From: Eukaryota sp. TZLM1-RC
Lineage: Eukaryota; Protista; Metamonada: BaSk clade
Length of the DNA stretch: 64,000 nucleotides
Assembly: GCA_040285825.1 (NCBI GenBank)
Contig: JAUPSS010000004.1
Location: 992,001 to 1,056,000, forward strand
Direction of reading: 5' to 3'
Numbering within the stretch: position 1 is the stretch's first letter; the number at the start of each line of letters is the position of its first letter. The notes under the pieces are model-generated. The model did not search any database, was not told the DNA's origin, and saw nothing but the letters and a program-made list of their open reading frames with translations. Position numbers and translations under genes: made by a program. Of this stretch, positions 12,248 to 25,903 are shown piece by piece.

Positions 12248-12548
12248 TCTTTAATACACGATATTCCTGCAGTTTGTGCCATATTAATATTAACAACAGT
12301 GTCTCTAACAGCATCATGTAATGAAGAACGGTAATTTATCAATTTAGAGCAATTAAGAGCATGGCGCAAAGTGATTGAGGTGAACTCGAACAAATACATT
12401 TTTCTTTTGATAATAATTGATTAATGGGGATATTCAAATATAATCTCATTTTTGTTACAAACGCTTCATTAGTGGTGAACATTTTACATCCCAGTAATTG
12501 AGACAGAACTTGTGCTTTGTTACAATTGGAAATTTTGGGTCTCTGTTG
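12248..12548 (-). mobile_element. Family C internal fragment (duplicate)
   Basis: Copy of 1081-1375 with a 6-bp duplication (NINM). Confidence 0.75.
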
Positions 12549-14389
12549 AAATAAAAAAAATAAAACAATTAAAAACAAAAATATTTAATGAACTAAAAAA
12601 TGACTGAAATATGACAACGTTCTAATCTTGCGCTAGCAACTGGATGAGCAGCATTTTTAGACTTTTGGTTAGAATTTAATAGCTTTGTGAAGGTCTTTAG
12701 GTACACCTTTACCAAATTCATAACAGAAACCTGTGTTGAGCAATCCATGTGTCCCAATTCGGCTGCTTTTTGGAACCATAAAACCGCCTGAGAAAAGTCC
12801 TGGTGAACACAGCTACAATTGTCATGATAAATGCCTAAATGATACATACAACAGGGTAACCAGCATCAGCAGCTTCATGGTACCAAATAAAAGACTGAAG
12901 GTATTGTTTTTTCCTGTACCACCTTAAACCTTTTGCATCATTTCTTTAGCGGTGCAGCCGCTACAAATCAGATTTATTTGTTGCTCCTGCCCATTCACGA
13001 ATCGGGTTAATTCATCGATTCTAGAACAAAGATGAGATAATTGTTGAGTTTATTCTTGATTTCGTAATTTAAATTCTTCGTTTGTCTGTTTTATACCAAT
13101 GTTAACTTCGCAAAAAGTTTGCTATTTTTGATTCAAGGTTTAATTGTTTGGGTTTTTTAAGCGCAAATGTGACAATTTTGTTTTCTAATTGGATTGAATT
13201 AATTAACTGAAGGCAATTTCTTTAAATTTTTTCTTTGAAAAACTTTTGCTTTCTTACAACACTTCTACTGATTTCTTTGTGCGGTCGAAAGTTGCTGAAA
13301 TCATCACCCGAAAGTCCAATAGCAAAAGGATTTGTTCTGAATGTATTGCATTGAGCACCTCCACCAAATAAAGATGTAGTAAATTGAGTGTTCAAAGGGT
13401 TAAGAAAGGACAAATGTTGAGAAAACAAAATACCAAACATATTATTTTTTACAAGTTAAAGGATAATTAATCTATAATTAATTTATCTTATTTTGTCATT
13501 CTCTATAAAAGGAAAATTAAAGAATGGAGGTAGGTAAACTTCCACTAAATGGATTTGTGTGACCAGTAGCGGTAGGACCAAAAGAGCTAACTTTGGTTTC
13601 AGCATCTAGAAGACCAAGTTGTCTTTTACAATCTTCTATCCCTTCAGCAGCTTTAGAAAAACCAGCATCTTTGGCCTTTTCGTACCATTTAATAGCTTGG
13701 TAAAGGTCTTTAGGTACACCACAACCGTGTTCATAGCAAGGACCTAAATTGATCATTCCAACCGCTTGACCCAAGTTTTGAAAAACAAAACTTAAAGTAT
13801 ACAGTTCAATGTTGAAAATTCAATAAACCATTGCTGTAAGTGTAAGAGTTTCGTTATTTTTTTATTATTAATTTTATTAAAAACCCATAAATCAACATCT
13901 AAATAATCCATCTCTCCCAAAACAAAAAGACTAGATGCAACTAGTATCGTTATTGATACGATTAACTGAGACTGATAAGAAGTTCCTAGTTTCGTAATGT
14001 CAAAGGTCAGGTTCTCTATTAAGTTGGGGAAGATTCAACAAGTGTGGTTCAATACATAGATCATTTGTTCGTAAAAATATAACAAACTCGAAAGTGAAAA
14101 TGATTTGTCTTGAAGGTGAAAATACGCTGTTCTACAATCAAATCATCATTAATTAATTTGCTCTTGTAGTTTTTGTAAGAATTCAAATGTATTGACACTG
14201 ATATGGAAAAAGAACATTGTAGTATTTCCCTTTGGAGGGTTTGTCAATGTTGGAGCAATCAGATAACCAAAAAGGCTTGTCAATAGGAAAATGTCACACA
14301 AGTTGAATAACACCCGATGTATTCAATCGTTTTTCAAATAACCCTTTGTGTAGCATTTTATTGGTAACAATTTGGAAAAACTAAACCCT

Positions 14390-15562
14390 TCATAACCAAA
14401 CATATTGATCTGACAATTCTTTCCTACAACTTTCTATCCTTTTAGCAGCTTTTGGATGACCAACATCTTTGGCCTTGTCGTACCATTCAATAGCTTGGTG
14501 AAGGGCTTTAGGTACACCGTAACCGTGTTCATAACATTTACCTAAATTGAACATTCCATGCTCATGGCCCAATTCAGCAGCTTTTTGGTAATAAAACACT
14601 GCTTGAGAATAGTCTTGTTTAACAAAACGAGCAAGGCGAAAACATTGACCTAAATTATTCATAGCACCAGCATGACCAGCATCAGCACCTTTTTTGAAAC
14701 AATAAAAAGCTTGTTGATGGTCTTGGTCAACACCTTCGCCATCTCTATAACAACATCCTAAATTAAACATAGCTCTACTATTACCAGCTTCAGCTGCTTT
14801 GATATACCAATGAAAGGCTTGTTGGTAATTCTTTTCGACACCAAGGCCATGGTCATAACAATAACCTAAATTAATCATAGCTGATGAATTACCAGCTTCA
14901 GCAGCTCTTCTCGACCAATAAACTGCTTCTTGGTAGTGTTTATCATTGTAAAATTGTTTTGCTTTTTCAAACATTTGTTGAGGCGTATCACCATCACTTG
15001 ACTCAACTTCTAAATTTTCAAACCCACTCTCCAAATTTTGGTCACGATCACTACCTTCTTGATCCTCATTAGAAGATCTATCATCAGCTAATTTTTGGTT
15101 GGGATTACCGAAATTCTGATTATTTGTAATATTATTATGGTAAATTTGAATTGAATTAATTTGTTCTTTTAATCCCTTTTCTTTTTGAGAAAGTTCGTCT
15201 ATTTTGGAATTTGAATCGTCAATTTCTATTCTCAAATCATTGATTAATTGATCTCTATTATTGATTTCTTGATCCTTTTCGACCAACGTATGGCTTAATT
15301 CTTGATTTCTAGAGACAAGATTAAAGTTCCGAAGTGTAAATTCTTGGTTTAATTCATCAGAATTAGATTGAGCCTGGTGTAAACTTTGATTTTCTTGAGT
15401 TAATTCTTGCATTGTCTGATTTAAATCAATATTTGATTTTCGGAAAATTTCATTTTCTAGGCTCAAATCCTCAATAATTTGGTCTTTTTCAGCACAATTC
15501 TGACAATTTTGCCTTACATTGGGACTAAATTCATTTATCAAAGGCAAATCATTATAAATCAT
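14390..15562 (-). CDS. Kinase-less coiled-coil + Sel1-repeat protein (duplicate)
   Basis: 390-aa ORF, a few substitutions from 3217-4389. Confidence 0.75.
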   Translation of the reverse strand: MIYNDLPLINEFSPNVRQNCQNCAEKDQIIEDLSLENEIFRKSNIDLNQTMQELTQENQSLHQAQSNSDELNQEFTLRNFNLVSRNQELSHTLVEKDQEINNRDQLINDLRIEIDDSNSKIDELSQKEKGLKEQINSIQIYHNNITNNQNFGNPNQKLADDRSSNEDQEGSDRDQNLESGFENLEVESSDGDTPQQMFEKAKQFYNDKHYQEAVYWSRRAAEAGNSSAMINLGYCYDHGLGVEKNYQQAFHWYIKAAEAGNSRAMFNLGCCYRDGEGVDQDHQQAFYCFKKGADAGHAGAMNNLGQCFRLARFVKQDYSQAVFYYQKAAELGHEHGMFNLGKCYEHGYGVPKALHQAIEWYDKAKDVGHPKAAKRIESCRKELSDQYVWL

Positions 15563-15596
15563 TGCAAATCATTGTACCACGAAGATTTGGATTGTG

Positions 15597-16363
15597 TGCC
15601 ACTAATGAAGCATTTGTAACAAAAATGAGATTATATTTGAACATCCTCATTAACCAATTATTATCAAAAGAAAAATGTATTTGTTCGAATTCACCTCAAC
15701 TCACTTTGCGCCATGCTCTAAATTGATAACTTATCGTTCCTCATTACATGATGCTGTTAGAGACACTGTTTTCAATATGGCACAAACTGCAAGGATATCG
15801 TGCATCAAAGAGCCCCTGCTAAAGGAAACACTATCTCTGAATAATTTTGGTTCTGACGATAGAGAAGATGTATACTGTGATTGGATTGATAATTCTGAAG
15901 CTATTGTTGACTTTGTCTCATGTAATGTTGCAAACGATACTTTGGTTCACAGAAGAAAACTTAATCCTGTGGCTGCTCTGGATTTTAAAGCAAAAGAAAA
16001 ACTTAGAAAATATGATAAAGAAATTGAAGATGCAAATGTCGATAGAAATACACAGCTGGTTTTTATTGCTTTCCCATTTTCGATAAATGGAAGATTATCA
16101 GTTGAAGCAGAAACTTTTTTGGATGACTTCCAAAAAATGGTGAAAGAAAAAACAATGAAAAGATTTGTTATTCTTTATGGCACTTTCGGATTCAATTTGC
16201 CATTATTAATAGCTTACCTCGGTTTTTCAATCGAATTAGAGAAGCTTTAGCTGTACAGCAAGCAGATGAAGATTATGTAGAGAAAATCTTGGTTCAATGA
16301 TAGTCGTCACATTAGTTATGATTTAATTTAATCAAGTGTGCAAATTCAATAAATAAATAATTA
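15597..16363 (+). mobile_element. 5'-truncated family C (duplicate)
   Basis: Copy of 4424-5190. Confidence 0.75.
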
Positions 16364-17020
16364 TAACGTTACAAGATACTGAATTAACCCAGGATACCGA
16401 TTGAAAAACCGAGGTAATCTATGAATAATGGCAAATTGAATCCGAGAGCACCATAAAACAATATCAAATCTTTTCATTGTTTTTTGTTTACCCATTGTTT
16501 AATTTTATTAAAAACCCATAAATCAACATCTAAATAATCCATCTCTCCCAAAACAAAAAGACTAGATGCAACTAGTATCGTTATTGATACGATTAACTGA
16601 GACTGATAAGAAGTTCCTAGTTTCGTAATGTCAAAGGTCAGGTTCTCTATTATGTTGGGGAAGATTCAACAAGTGTGGTTCAATACATAGATCATTTGTT
16701 CGTAAAAATATAACAAACTCGAAAGTGAAAATGATTTGTCTTGAAGGTGAAAATACGCTGTTCTACAATCAAATCATCATTAATTAATTTGCTCTTGTAG
16801 TTTTTGTAAGAATTCAAATGTATTGACACTGATATGGAAAAAGAACATTGTAGGATTTCCCTTTGGAGGGTTTGTCAATGTTGGATCAATCAGATAACCA
16901 AAAAGGCTTGTCAATAGGAAAATGTCACACAAGTTGAATAACACCCGATGTATTCAATCGTTTTTCAAATAACCCTTTGTGTAGCATTTTATTGGTAACA
17001 ATTTGGAAAAACTAAACCCT

Positions 17021-18083
17021 TCATAACCAAACATATTGATCTGACAATTCTTTCCTACAACTTTCTATCCTTTTAGCAACTTTTGGATGACCAACATCTT
17101 TGGCCTTGTCGTACCATTCAATAGCTTGGTGAAGGGCTTTAGGTACACCGTAACCGTGTTCATAACATTTACCTAAATTGTATATTCCATACTCATTACC
17201 CAATTCAGCAGCTTTTTGGTAATAAAACACTGCTTGAGAATAGTCTTGTTTAACAAAACGAGCAAGGCGAAAACATTGACCTAAATTATTCATAGCACCA
17301 GCATGACCAGCATCAGCACCTTTTTTGAACCAATAAAAAGCTTGTTGATGGTCTTGGTCAACACCTTTGCCATCTCTATAACAACAGCCTAATTCAACTA
17401 TAGCACAAGCATTACCAGCATCAGCACCTTTTTTTGAACCAATAAAAAGCTTGTTGATGGTCTTGATCAACACCTTTGCCATCTCTATAACAACAACCTA
17501 ATTCAACCATAGCACAAGCATTACCAGCATCAGCACCTTTTTTGAACCAATAAAAAGGTTGTTGATGGTCTTGATCAACACCTTTGCCATCTCTATAACA
17601 ACAGCCTAATTCAACCAAAGCAAAATCATTACTAGCATCAGCACCTTTTTTGAACCAACGAAAAGCTTCTTGATGGTCTTGACCGACACCTTTGCCATCT
17701 CTATAACAACAACCTAATTCAACCATAGCAAAATCATTACTAGCATCAGCACCTTTTTTGAACCAATGAAAAGCTTCTTGATGGTCTTGACCGACACCTT
17801 TGCCATCTCTATAACAACAGCCTAATTCAACCATAGCATAAGCATTACCAGCATCAGCACCTTTTTTGCACCAATAAACAGCTTGTTGATGGTCTTGATC
17901 AACACCTTTGCCATCTCTATAACAACAGCCTAAATTACACATAGCATAAGCATTACCAGCATCAGCACCGTTTTTGAACCAATAAAAAGCTTGTTGATGG
18001 TCTTGATCAACACCTTTGCCATCTCTATAACAACAGCCTAATTCAACCATAGCATAAGCATTACCAGCATCAGCACTTTTTTT
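17021..18083 (-). pseudogene. Sel1-repeat gene downstream of element A (9 repeats; homopolymer frameshift near 17430)
   Basis: ORFs 17021-17482 and 17421-18122. Confidence 0.85.
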
Positions 18084-21000
18084 TAGTAACAACAATTTTA
18101 TTCTAAACCTATAAATCAACATCTAAAAAATCCATCTCTCCTAAAACAAAAACACTAGATGCAACTCTCTCATAGTGAGATCCAAGAGAAGGCAAAGCAT
18201 CAGAAACCATCTTCAACATCCCCTTAAAAATAGAAAACACAATTCTATTTTGCCAAAACAATCTGTTGAAATTTCTGCCAGTTCTTCTCTTTACAATCAT
18301 TTCAAAATCATCCAAAAAACGTAAAGCAGTTGGTGCAAGTGGACCAAAAAGGGAAAATACAAATGGATACAAATTGTATTTTGCATGCTGTAGACTGGCC
18401 AATTTGGACAAAGGTTCATGGTATTTTTTGAATTTAAAATTTTCAGCATTTGAAAGGGGATTATGAATTTCAGAATTAACAAGCCTTTCATTTGAGGCAT
18501 TACAAGGATCAACAGACATTACATCTAATAAAATGAAGCTTCCATCTAATCCAGGTATTATAACATCACCTCTATTATTCTTATGAAAATCATCTTCAGC
18601 ATCAAACAGATTTGACAACAGAGGTTCCAAGAAGGATTCAATTCTATGAGATTTACACATACAATATAACTGGTCTCTTACAGCATCATGAACCTTGCTT
18701 CTAAAAGTAATAAAATGTTTACAATTTAACAAATGAGTAGTTGCAATTTCTCGAGAACATTTACAAATTAAATTATGAGGTAAATTATCAGGCCAGATAA
18801 AGGAACGAAATCTCATATTCAGAGTCCAAGCAGAATCGGATAAGAGAGTACCATAAACTTGTGGAATTGTTGTTACTAAGGCAGAAGAAGTACTGTCACA
18901 CATATCTTGTAAAAGATTTGCAAAAGCGGGATTCTTTTTCTTGGCCAAGCCAAGTCTAACATCAAAATCCAAGCTTTCAAAAATCTTTGACAATTTTTGT
19001 TGAAGCTTTTTACAGCAAAACTGTAAATTAAATAGAGATCGGTTTGGAATTTCTTGAATTGATTGAGGAAAACATTTGGTCCAAATTTGTGGCGGTAATT
19101 TTTCAAGTTCACAAGATAACTCATACAAATAGGGACTACAATTGGGGACTAACAGATGAGAATCATCAGGAAATCTACGAGAAAATTCATAAATAAAATT
19201 TTTGCCACCACCCAAGAATTCTGATTGACACAAAATTGAAGATTTAGTAAAACCAATACCACCCAAATTTGCTGAAGGAAATAAATGGCTTTTCAACATT
19301 CCTGGTTCTACATCCAGTAAATCAGCAAAAAATTCTGTTCTCAATGAATTAAAAGAACGACAAAAATCTAATGCTATGGAAGGAGCACAAGATCTCAAAA
19401 TGTGGGTTATTCTCCCAGTGTAGCAAATTTTAAGCATGAAAAATTTAATATGCTTTTCTATATCTAAAGAAGAAATTGAATCAAGTTCAATTTTAATTTT
19501 TTCCAAAATAACTTGCAATTCATTCTGAATTTGAGGCACATTTCCTAACCAACAACCAAGGAACTTAAAAGCATCACTACTATCGTTAGTAAAAGGGACA
19601 ATAGAATCGTTTATCACGAGGTCTTGAGCAGAAGAGCCAATCAGAAGGCATTTGCTGGCATTAAGATGAAGCCCAATATTTTCATATGATTCGGCAATTT
19701 CTTGAGCAACCAATTCTAGTAAATCAAATGAACCAATCAAGGATATATCATCCATATAAGCAACTATTTTTATAGAAGGGTATTTTTGCTTAATGATATT
19801 TAAAGTTTTGTGAATAGCTAAACAAAACAATAATGGGCCTAAAGGATCTCCCTGCTTCACTCCAGAAGATGATTTAAGACCAAATGAATTAAAAATTAAA
19901 TCTGATTCTTTCCCATAAAAATGGTAGAAAAAACTCGATTTTTTTTCTCACTCACTTTCAACGTCCTATTGTCGGTTCGATTGAATTCCTACAGTCTTAA
20001 TGTCAGACACTCTCTGTGATACTGACTGGACTGCAAAAAGTACCGAACGTGATCTTGACAAACCAACCTCCTCAACCACCAATCGTTCTCATTCTCCCCA
20101 CCTGTCACTCCATGCTAGAAAATCATTGGAAAAAAATTTAAATGAAAATATTTCTAAACCCCGCCGCAAATGTAGTAAATGTCGAAAATCCGGACATAAC
20201 ATTGCAACTTGTCCGCTTATTCAAAAGGAAAAACTGAATGCTCGTGCTGCAATTGCTGATTTAAATTTTTCGTTATCACACAATCCTAAAAATGAATTTT
20301 TAAGTGAGATTCCCGATAACACTCCTATCAAAGAAGATCAAAAGGATGAAAAAAAATGTGTTTTTTGTCGAAAGCTTGTTGCTGTCAATGATTCCGGTCG
20401 ACCTTTACTTTTTTGTGATTCTTGTGTTGCTGCTGATCAGCTACGTTGTCCCATTCGTGTTCCTGCTCAGCTTAGTCCGTTGGCTTCGATACCTTTTACT
20501 GTTGTTCTTCGTGCCTTTACTGAAAATCTCCGTAAAGGATTATGGGATGTTACGCCTATTTGGAAATTTTTTTCTGAAAAAGATAAAACTTTTATCGAAA
20601 AAATCAAATTTTAAAAAAATGTTTTTCGAAAGAAAAATTAGTGAGAAAATTAGCTTTAAAAGGACGTTTTGGATCTGCAAAACAATGTTTATTTTCTTCT
20701 GATTTAGCTGAATGTAATGAAAGCACATTGTTCCAATTGAATCATCTTCATCCGGAAAAAAATTTTCATTGTACTAAACCAGATTCAGTTGATTATTGGC
20801 TGCAAAATCCTGTCAATGCTTCTGAGGTATTGAAACTGATTCAGCAAATGCCTACTGGAAAAGCTCCTGGGCCATCTTTGTTGAATTTTGACATGATCAA
20901 ATCAGCTGTTGGACAGTGTCCTGAAATTGCTGACGATCTTGTTCTTTTTTTCAACAATCTTCTTACGTTAAAAATTAAAGTCCCTTTTGAGATGACCAGT

Positions 21001-24000
21001 GCTCGCTTAATTGCCCTTAAAAAAAGTCAATCCAAAATCCGTCCAATTGCAATTGGAGAATCTTTTTCAAGAATTCTTGCGTCTCTTGTTTTCAATAGAA
21101 TTGGAAAAAAAGCCAAGGAACTTTTCAGTCCGTTTCAATTTGGAATCAAGACAATTGATGGTGCTTCTTCTGCTGCTCTTTCGTCGGATGTGTTGTTTAA
21201 TTCTAGTGATTCTAATTACATCTTCAATTTAGATTTTAAGAATGCTTTCAATTCTGTATCTCGTTCTTCCATTTTACCTTTGCTGCAAAAGCATTTTCCT
21301 GAAGTTGAGCCTTTTTTCTATTCATTTTATGGAAAATCATCCTCATTGGTCTATGAAAATTTTGACCTGCTTTCGTCTTCAGGTGTTAAACAAGGTGATC
21401 CACTTGGTCCTTTTTTCTTTTGTCTGGCAATTCATCCATTAATGTGCGAATTGAAAGAAAAATTCCCAGAAATAGATATTGTAGCATATATGGATGACAT
21501 TTCTGTAATTGCTCCTATTACAATTCTGAAACAAATAGCAACTTTTATTCAACAGCGTTATGAAGATATTGGTCTCTCATTGAATATCTCCAAATGTTTG
21601 ATTATTGGCCATGAACCAATTGATTTTTTTCATTAATGATGTAAATGTCCCCTTTATCAATTATGATCAGTCTGGTTTTCGTTTTTTTGGGTTGTTATCT
21701 CGGAAATATTGATGAAGTGAAAAGCCAACTTTCGACTCTGTTGACTCAATTTGGAAATGAATTAGAATCAATAGAAAATTTAAATATTGAGAAACATTTG
21801 AAATTCTTTTTCCTCAAAATCTGTTATTCTGGAAAATTTACTCATATTTTGAGATCAACATCACCATCAATTTCCTTGGAGTTTTGTCGCATTTTTAATG
21901 AACAAAGAACTAATTTTTTAGCAAAATTATTGGAAATTGATGCATCTCAGTTACGAAGCCACATTTTTTTGTGGTACAAATTTTGGTGGTGTTGATTTTC
22001 ATAAGTCAAGCTACCTTTGTAAAGCTGCCTTTATTGGAGGTGGAAAGAATTTTATTTATGAATTTGTGAATCGTTTTCCTGAAAAAATTCATCTCATTGA
22101 AAATTGTGGCAGCTCCTATCTTATTTCTTTGCAACAGGAAATTGAAACTCTTTCACCCAATATTTGGGCTAAATGTTTCCCCTCTGATATTGTGGAACTT
22201 CCTTCAAGAAGCTTGCTCTCCTTACCATTGACTTTTGCAAAATTGCAGAAAAAATTTTGAAAGTTTTAGAAAACTTGGATTATATTGTACGTCTTAGCTT
22301 GGCTAAGGAAAAAAATCCCGTTTTTGCAAACTTTTTGATTGATCTTGAAGACAGTTGCTCAAGTTGCTTAATCTCCCAAATTCCCAACATTTACGGCCTT
22401 CTACTTAATGATCTCCAATGGACCACTGCAATGAGATTGAGATGTTTTCTATGGCCTTGCTCATTGCCAAATGATTTAATTTGTCGCTGCAAGAGTGTTG
22501 TTACGCTTTCCCATATTTTTAAACTGTAAGTATTTCATAACTTATCGCTCACTTGTTCATGACTCAGTTCGTGATCAATTATATGCCATGTGCAAAAGTT
22601 TCAATATAGAGGCATTTATTGAGCCACTAGTACGTAAGCTGTCTTCAGATCAAACTGATGATTCCTTTGGTAAAAGAAGGGCAGATTTAGTAGCTCCAGG
22701 GATCGATGGTGTTCTCAATGTTGTAGACGTTGTCTCAGTGGATGTTTGCAAAAATTCTGCTGCTCGTTTAGTGTATTCCGCTGACTCGCCGTTATCTAAC
22801 GCCGAAAAAAAAGAAGATAAAAAAAATATGAATAACCTTTGGCACAGTTAGGTAGAGTGGAACATGTGAAATATCAGTTTGTGCCGTTTGCAATTTCTCT
22901 TTTTGGCAATATTGGACCTTCAGGCTTGCACTTTTTGGAAAATTTTAAAAAAGTGTTACTGAATAGGTCTGGTAAAACAATGAACTCCACTTTCTGGTTA
23001 AATAGAATTGTTTTTTGCATTTTCAAGTCTATTCCAACAATGATTTCAAAGGCACTTTTAGCTATTGGTGTAGAATATGAACGTAATGCTGTGAGTAGGT
23101 TCAGTAATAGTGACGCTTGTTTGGAGGATATTGAATTCTAGATGGTTATTTTTATCTCAATAAATATTCCAGTTTTTAAAAAAAACTCGATAGCTCAGGA
23201 AAATCAGATTTAATAACTTCAAAAATTGCTTCTCGCTTTACAGAATTAAAAGCATTTTTAAAGTCGAGATTAAAAATAAAATTATTTTCCTCTGCATTAA
23301 AAAAGGTATCAGAGGCAATAGCAGCAACAGAAGCACCATCAATTGTTTTGATTCTAAATTGATGAGGATTCAAAAATGTAGAAGCTTTGTCTTTGACACG
23401 ATCGAAGACAATTGATGCCAGCTAACGAGATAGAGATTCACCAACAGCAATTGGTCGTATTCCATCAGGATTGATTCCGTTTCCAGGCTTTACTAAAGCA
23501 ATCAGACGTGCTGCGAGTAATTCAAATGGAGGATTATTTTTCAAAACAATCAATTGTTGAAAATAGTGGGCTAGATCATCAGCAATTTCGGGAGCACTGG
23601 AACACGCTATTTTTAACAGATCAAAAGAAATTCCAGATGGGCCTGCTGCTTTCCCCTTTGGCAATTTTTGAATAGCTTTAAGAACTTCAATTGCAGTAAT
23701 AGGATTTTCAATCCAAAAAGGACACACTTCAGGCTTGCTGCACTTGAAATTTTCTTGAGGATGCAACTTTTGAAGTTTTTCAAGGGTATCAGAGTTTGCA
23801 TCAGCCAAAGAAGAGGAAAACAAAGACTGCTTTGCGGCACCATAACGACCACGTAAGCACAATTTACGGCAAATTTTTGATTTTACAATTTTTCTATTTC
23901 CAAATTTTTTTCTTAAAACAATTTTTGTTTTTTCTAGCAAAATATTTCCAGAAGGATGAAATATTCCACTTATTATTTTTCAATTCAGAAGTAAAATTTC

Positions 24001-24800
24001 TCATTTCCATTGAGAAGGGGATTGTGCTGGCGGGACTTATTTCTACTGGGATCCGGATCGGGGGTCTTACGGTATCAACGGCTTTACAATTCGTACAAAA
24101 CAGAAGTTTTCGACCATTTCGTGAATCTGCAACATCTTTTTTGCAAAATGGACAACAAAAATTACTGTTTTCAGAAGGGGAAGAAGAGGGAACACTAGAA
24201 GCATTTAACTGTTGATCGTCAGAAACATTATTTTCAGCACCTTTCACAACGGCAACAGCTGGAACAGAACATTTGAGAATTTGTTGAGCAGATTTTAATT
24301 CAAATTCTCTTTTTTGTTTCTCAGGGCACGTTCTCGAATTATGACCACTGATACCACAAATCGAACATTTTTTAGAACCTTTTAATGGCAGTGGTTTCAT
24401 TTTTTCAGTTCTTTCAATTTTGTCAAAAGTAGAAATAGACTTTTGACTTTTTGCAGTTTCAGCTGGAGAAAACAAATTTCGAGAAACGGAGTTGTTAATA
24501 GAACGCGCAACAGAACGCAAGGAACGTAATGGTGGTTTTTCTGTGTTTTTTTCTGGTACAATGATCAGTTTTTGAATGAAAATTTTTTTGAGATGAATTT
24601 CGAGCATAGCTTGTATTGTGGGGAGAGTGGGGAGGTGGAGTGGATGAGCTTGATCTGACTGGTAGAATCTTTGCTTGGGCGTTCCAATCAGTATCAGAGT
24701 CACTATCAGCCAAAGGCATCGTTTTGACAGAGAAACAGTACGACTTTGACGCCTTGACAGAAAGTGAAATATGAAAGGGTTGACTAAGGGAGGGAGAAAA
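18084..24800 (-). mobile_element. Family A element (copy 2), interrupted by family B
   Basis: Same termini and target as 6910-10374; the RT-RLE part 18109-19860 is open; right TSD at 24801-24812. Confidence 0.95.
19940..23179 (+). mobile_element. Full-length CRE-like family B element (about 3.24 kb) nested antisense in the RT of A, 12-bp TSD
   Basis: CSKCRKSGHNIATC knuckle, RPIAIGE, QGDPLGP, YMDD, CRC..H..C, HDSVRD, RRAD..VDV, ending EDIEF* then AATAAA and A8. TSD aaaaaactcgat at 19928-19939 and 23180-23191. Confidence 0.95.
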
Positions 24801-25244
24801 AGCACCTTTTTTGAACCAATAAAATGCTTGTTGATGGTCTAGATCGACACCATGACCATCTCTATAACAACAACCTAAACTTAACATACCTACTCTATTA
24901 CCAGCTTCAGCAGCTCTACTTCAACATTGTATTATTATCATTTTATTATTGGTAGAATCTCAATACCACAACTTGAATGATTATTTTTAAAACCATCAGT
25001 TGTTTATGAAATTGTTGAAATTTACCATCACTTCGAAATCAAGTGACAATTTTAAAACATCCTTATGATGAATGAAACAATTCATTATAGAAATTGCTGG
25101 TGAATGTGGTGGTGCATAATTTCCATGTAATTCATTTTCAATAATTTGTCGAAATTTTCGCCCTCCTTGACCAACTGAATGATGATTAAAACCCTGACTA
25201 ACTACACCGTTTACTTTGAATAATTTTCATTATTCTCTTTTTTT

Positions 25245-25469
25245 GGAAGTTCTGCTCCATCGAAAGCAACTTGAAAACTAACGGGGATGAAATCTGGTAG
25301 GGGACATTGGCAACACAAACATCAAAAAGAGGAGATCTACCTTGAGAAAGTCGCTGGAAATGATCTGAACACGACTTCTGGCTCTCGTGTCTGCTTGGAA
25401 TTGCTTGGTTAATTCTACAACCATGCGAGGGTCATATTCTACCGCAATAACTTTCTTTGCTACGTCTAA
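25245..25469 (-). pseudogene. DIM1: DIM1 fragment, copy 2
   Basis: Near-identical to 10818-11042. Confidence 0.85.
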
Positions 25470-25903
25470 GACTATTTATGCAAGTAAATCCAAGAACGGA
25501 AAATTAATTTAATTATTTTCTATTTACATTTATAATGTTCAACTTGCGATATTTCGATGGAGCCAACAACAAATATACCAAATATGTTTAATTTGAATAA
25601 AAAGTTGAAATAAAAACATTGACCCGTTGTAAACAATATGAGTTAGTAAGCTTAACAATTTTAATTAACATTAAACATATTTTGCTTTTTGAAAAACATT
25701 TCGAAGTACCAGATCTCAATTTCAATTTGAGTGATCTTTGGTAAATTGTTTTGGTTGGTTTTAAATTTTTTTTAAACACATTATTATTGGTTTTAAAAGG
25801 CTAATTAATCATCACTTTTTATTGAATAATGTTTGATAAAAACTGAAAATAACTAAATGTAACATTGATAAACAAAGGTATTTATTGAATAGACCACAGT
25901 ACT

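Larger units (their letters stand above)
10..25603. repeat. Tandem segmental duplication: unit 1 about 10-11176, unit 2 about 11177-25603 (unit 2 carries an extra family B insertion)
   Basis: Near-identical sequence and ORFs at an offset of about 11167-11173. Confidence 0.95.

Noticed and set aside
20581-20645. Programmed frameshift between a gag-like ORF1 and the RT ORF (also about 9470-9490 in A)
   Set aside because: The breaks fall in homopolymers whose lengths differ between copies. A copy 3 is in frame, and combining the two B copies gives one frame, so these are single-ORF elements with indels or sequencing errors.
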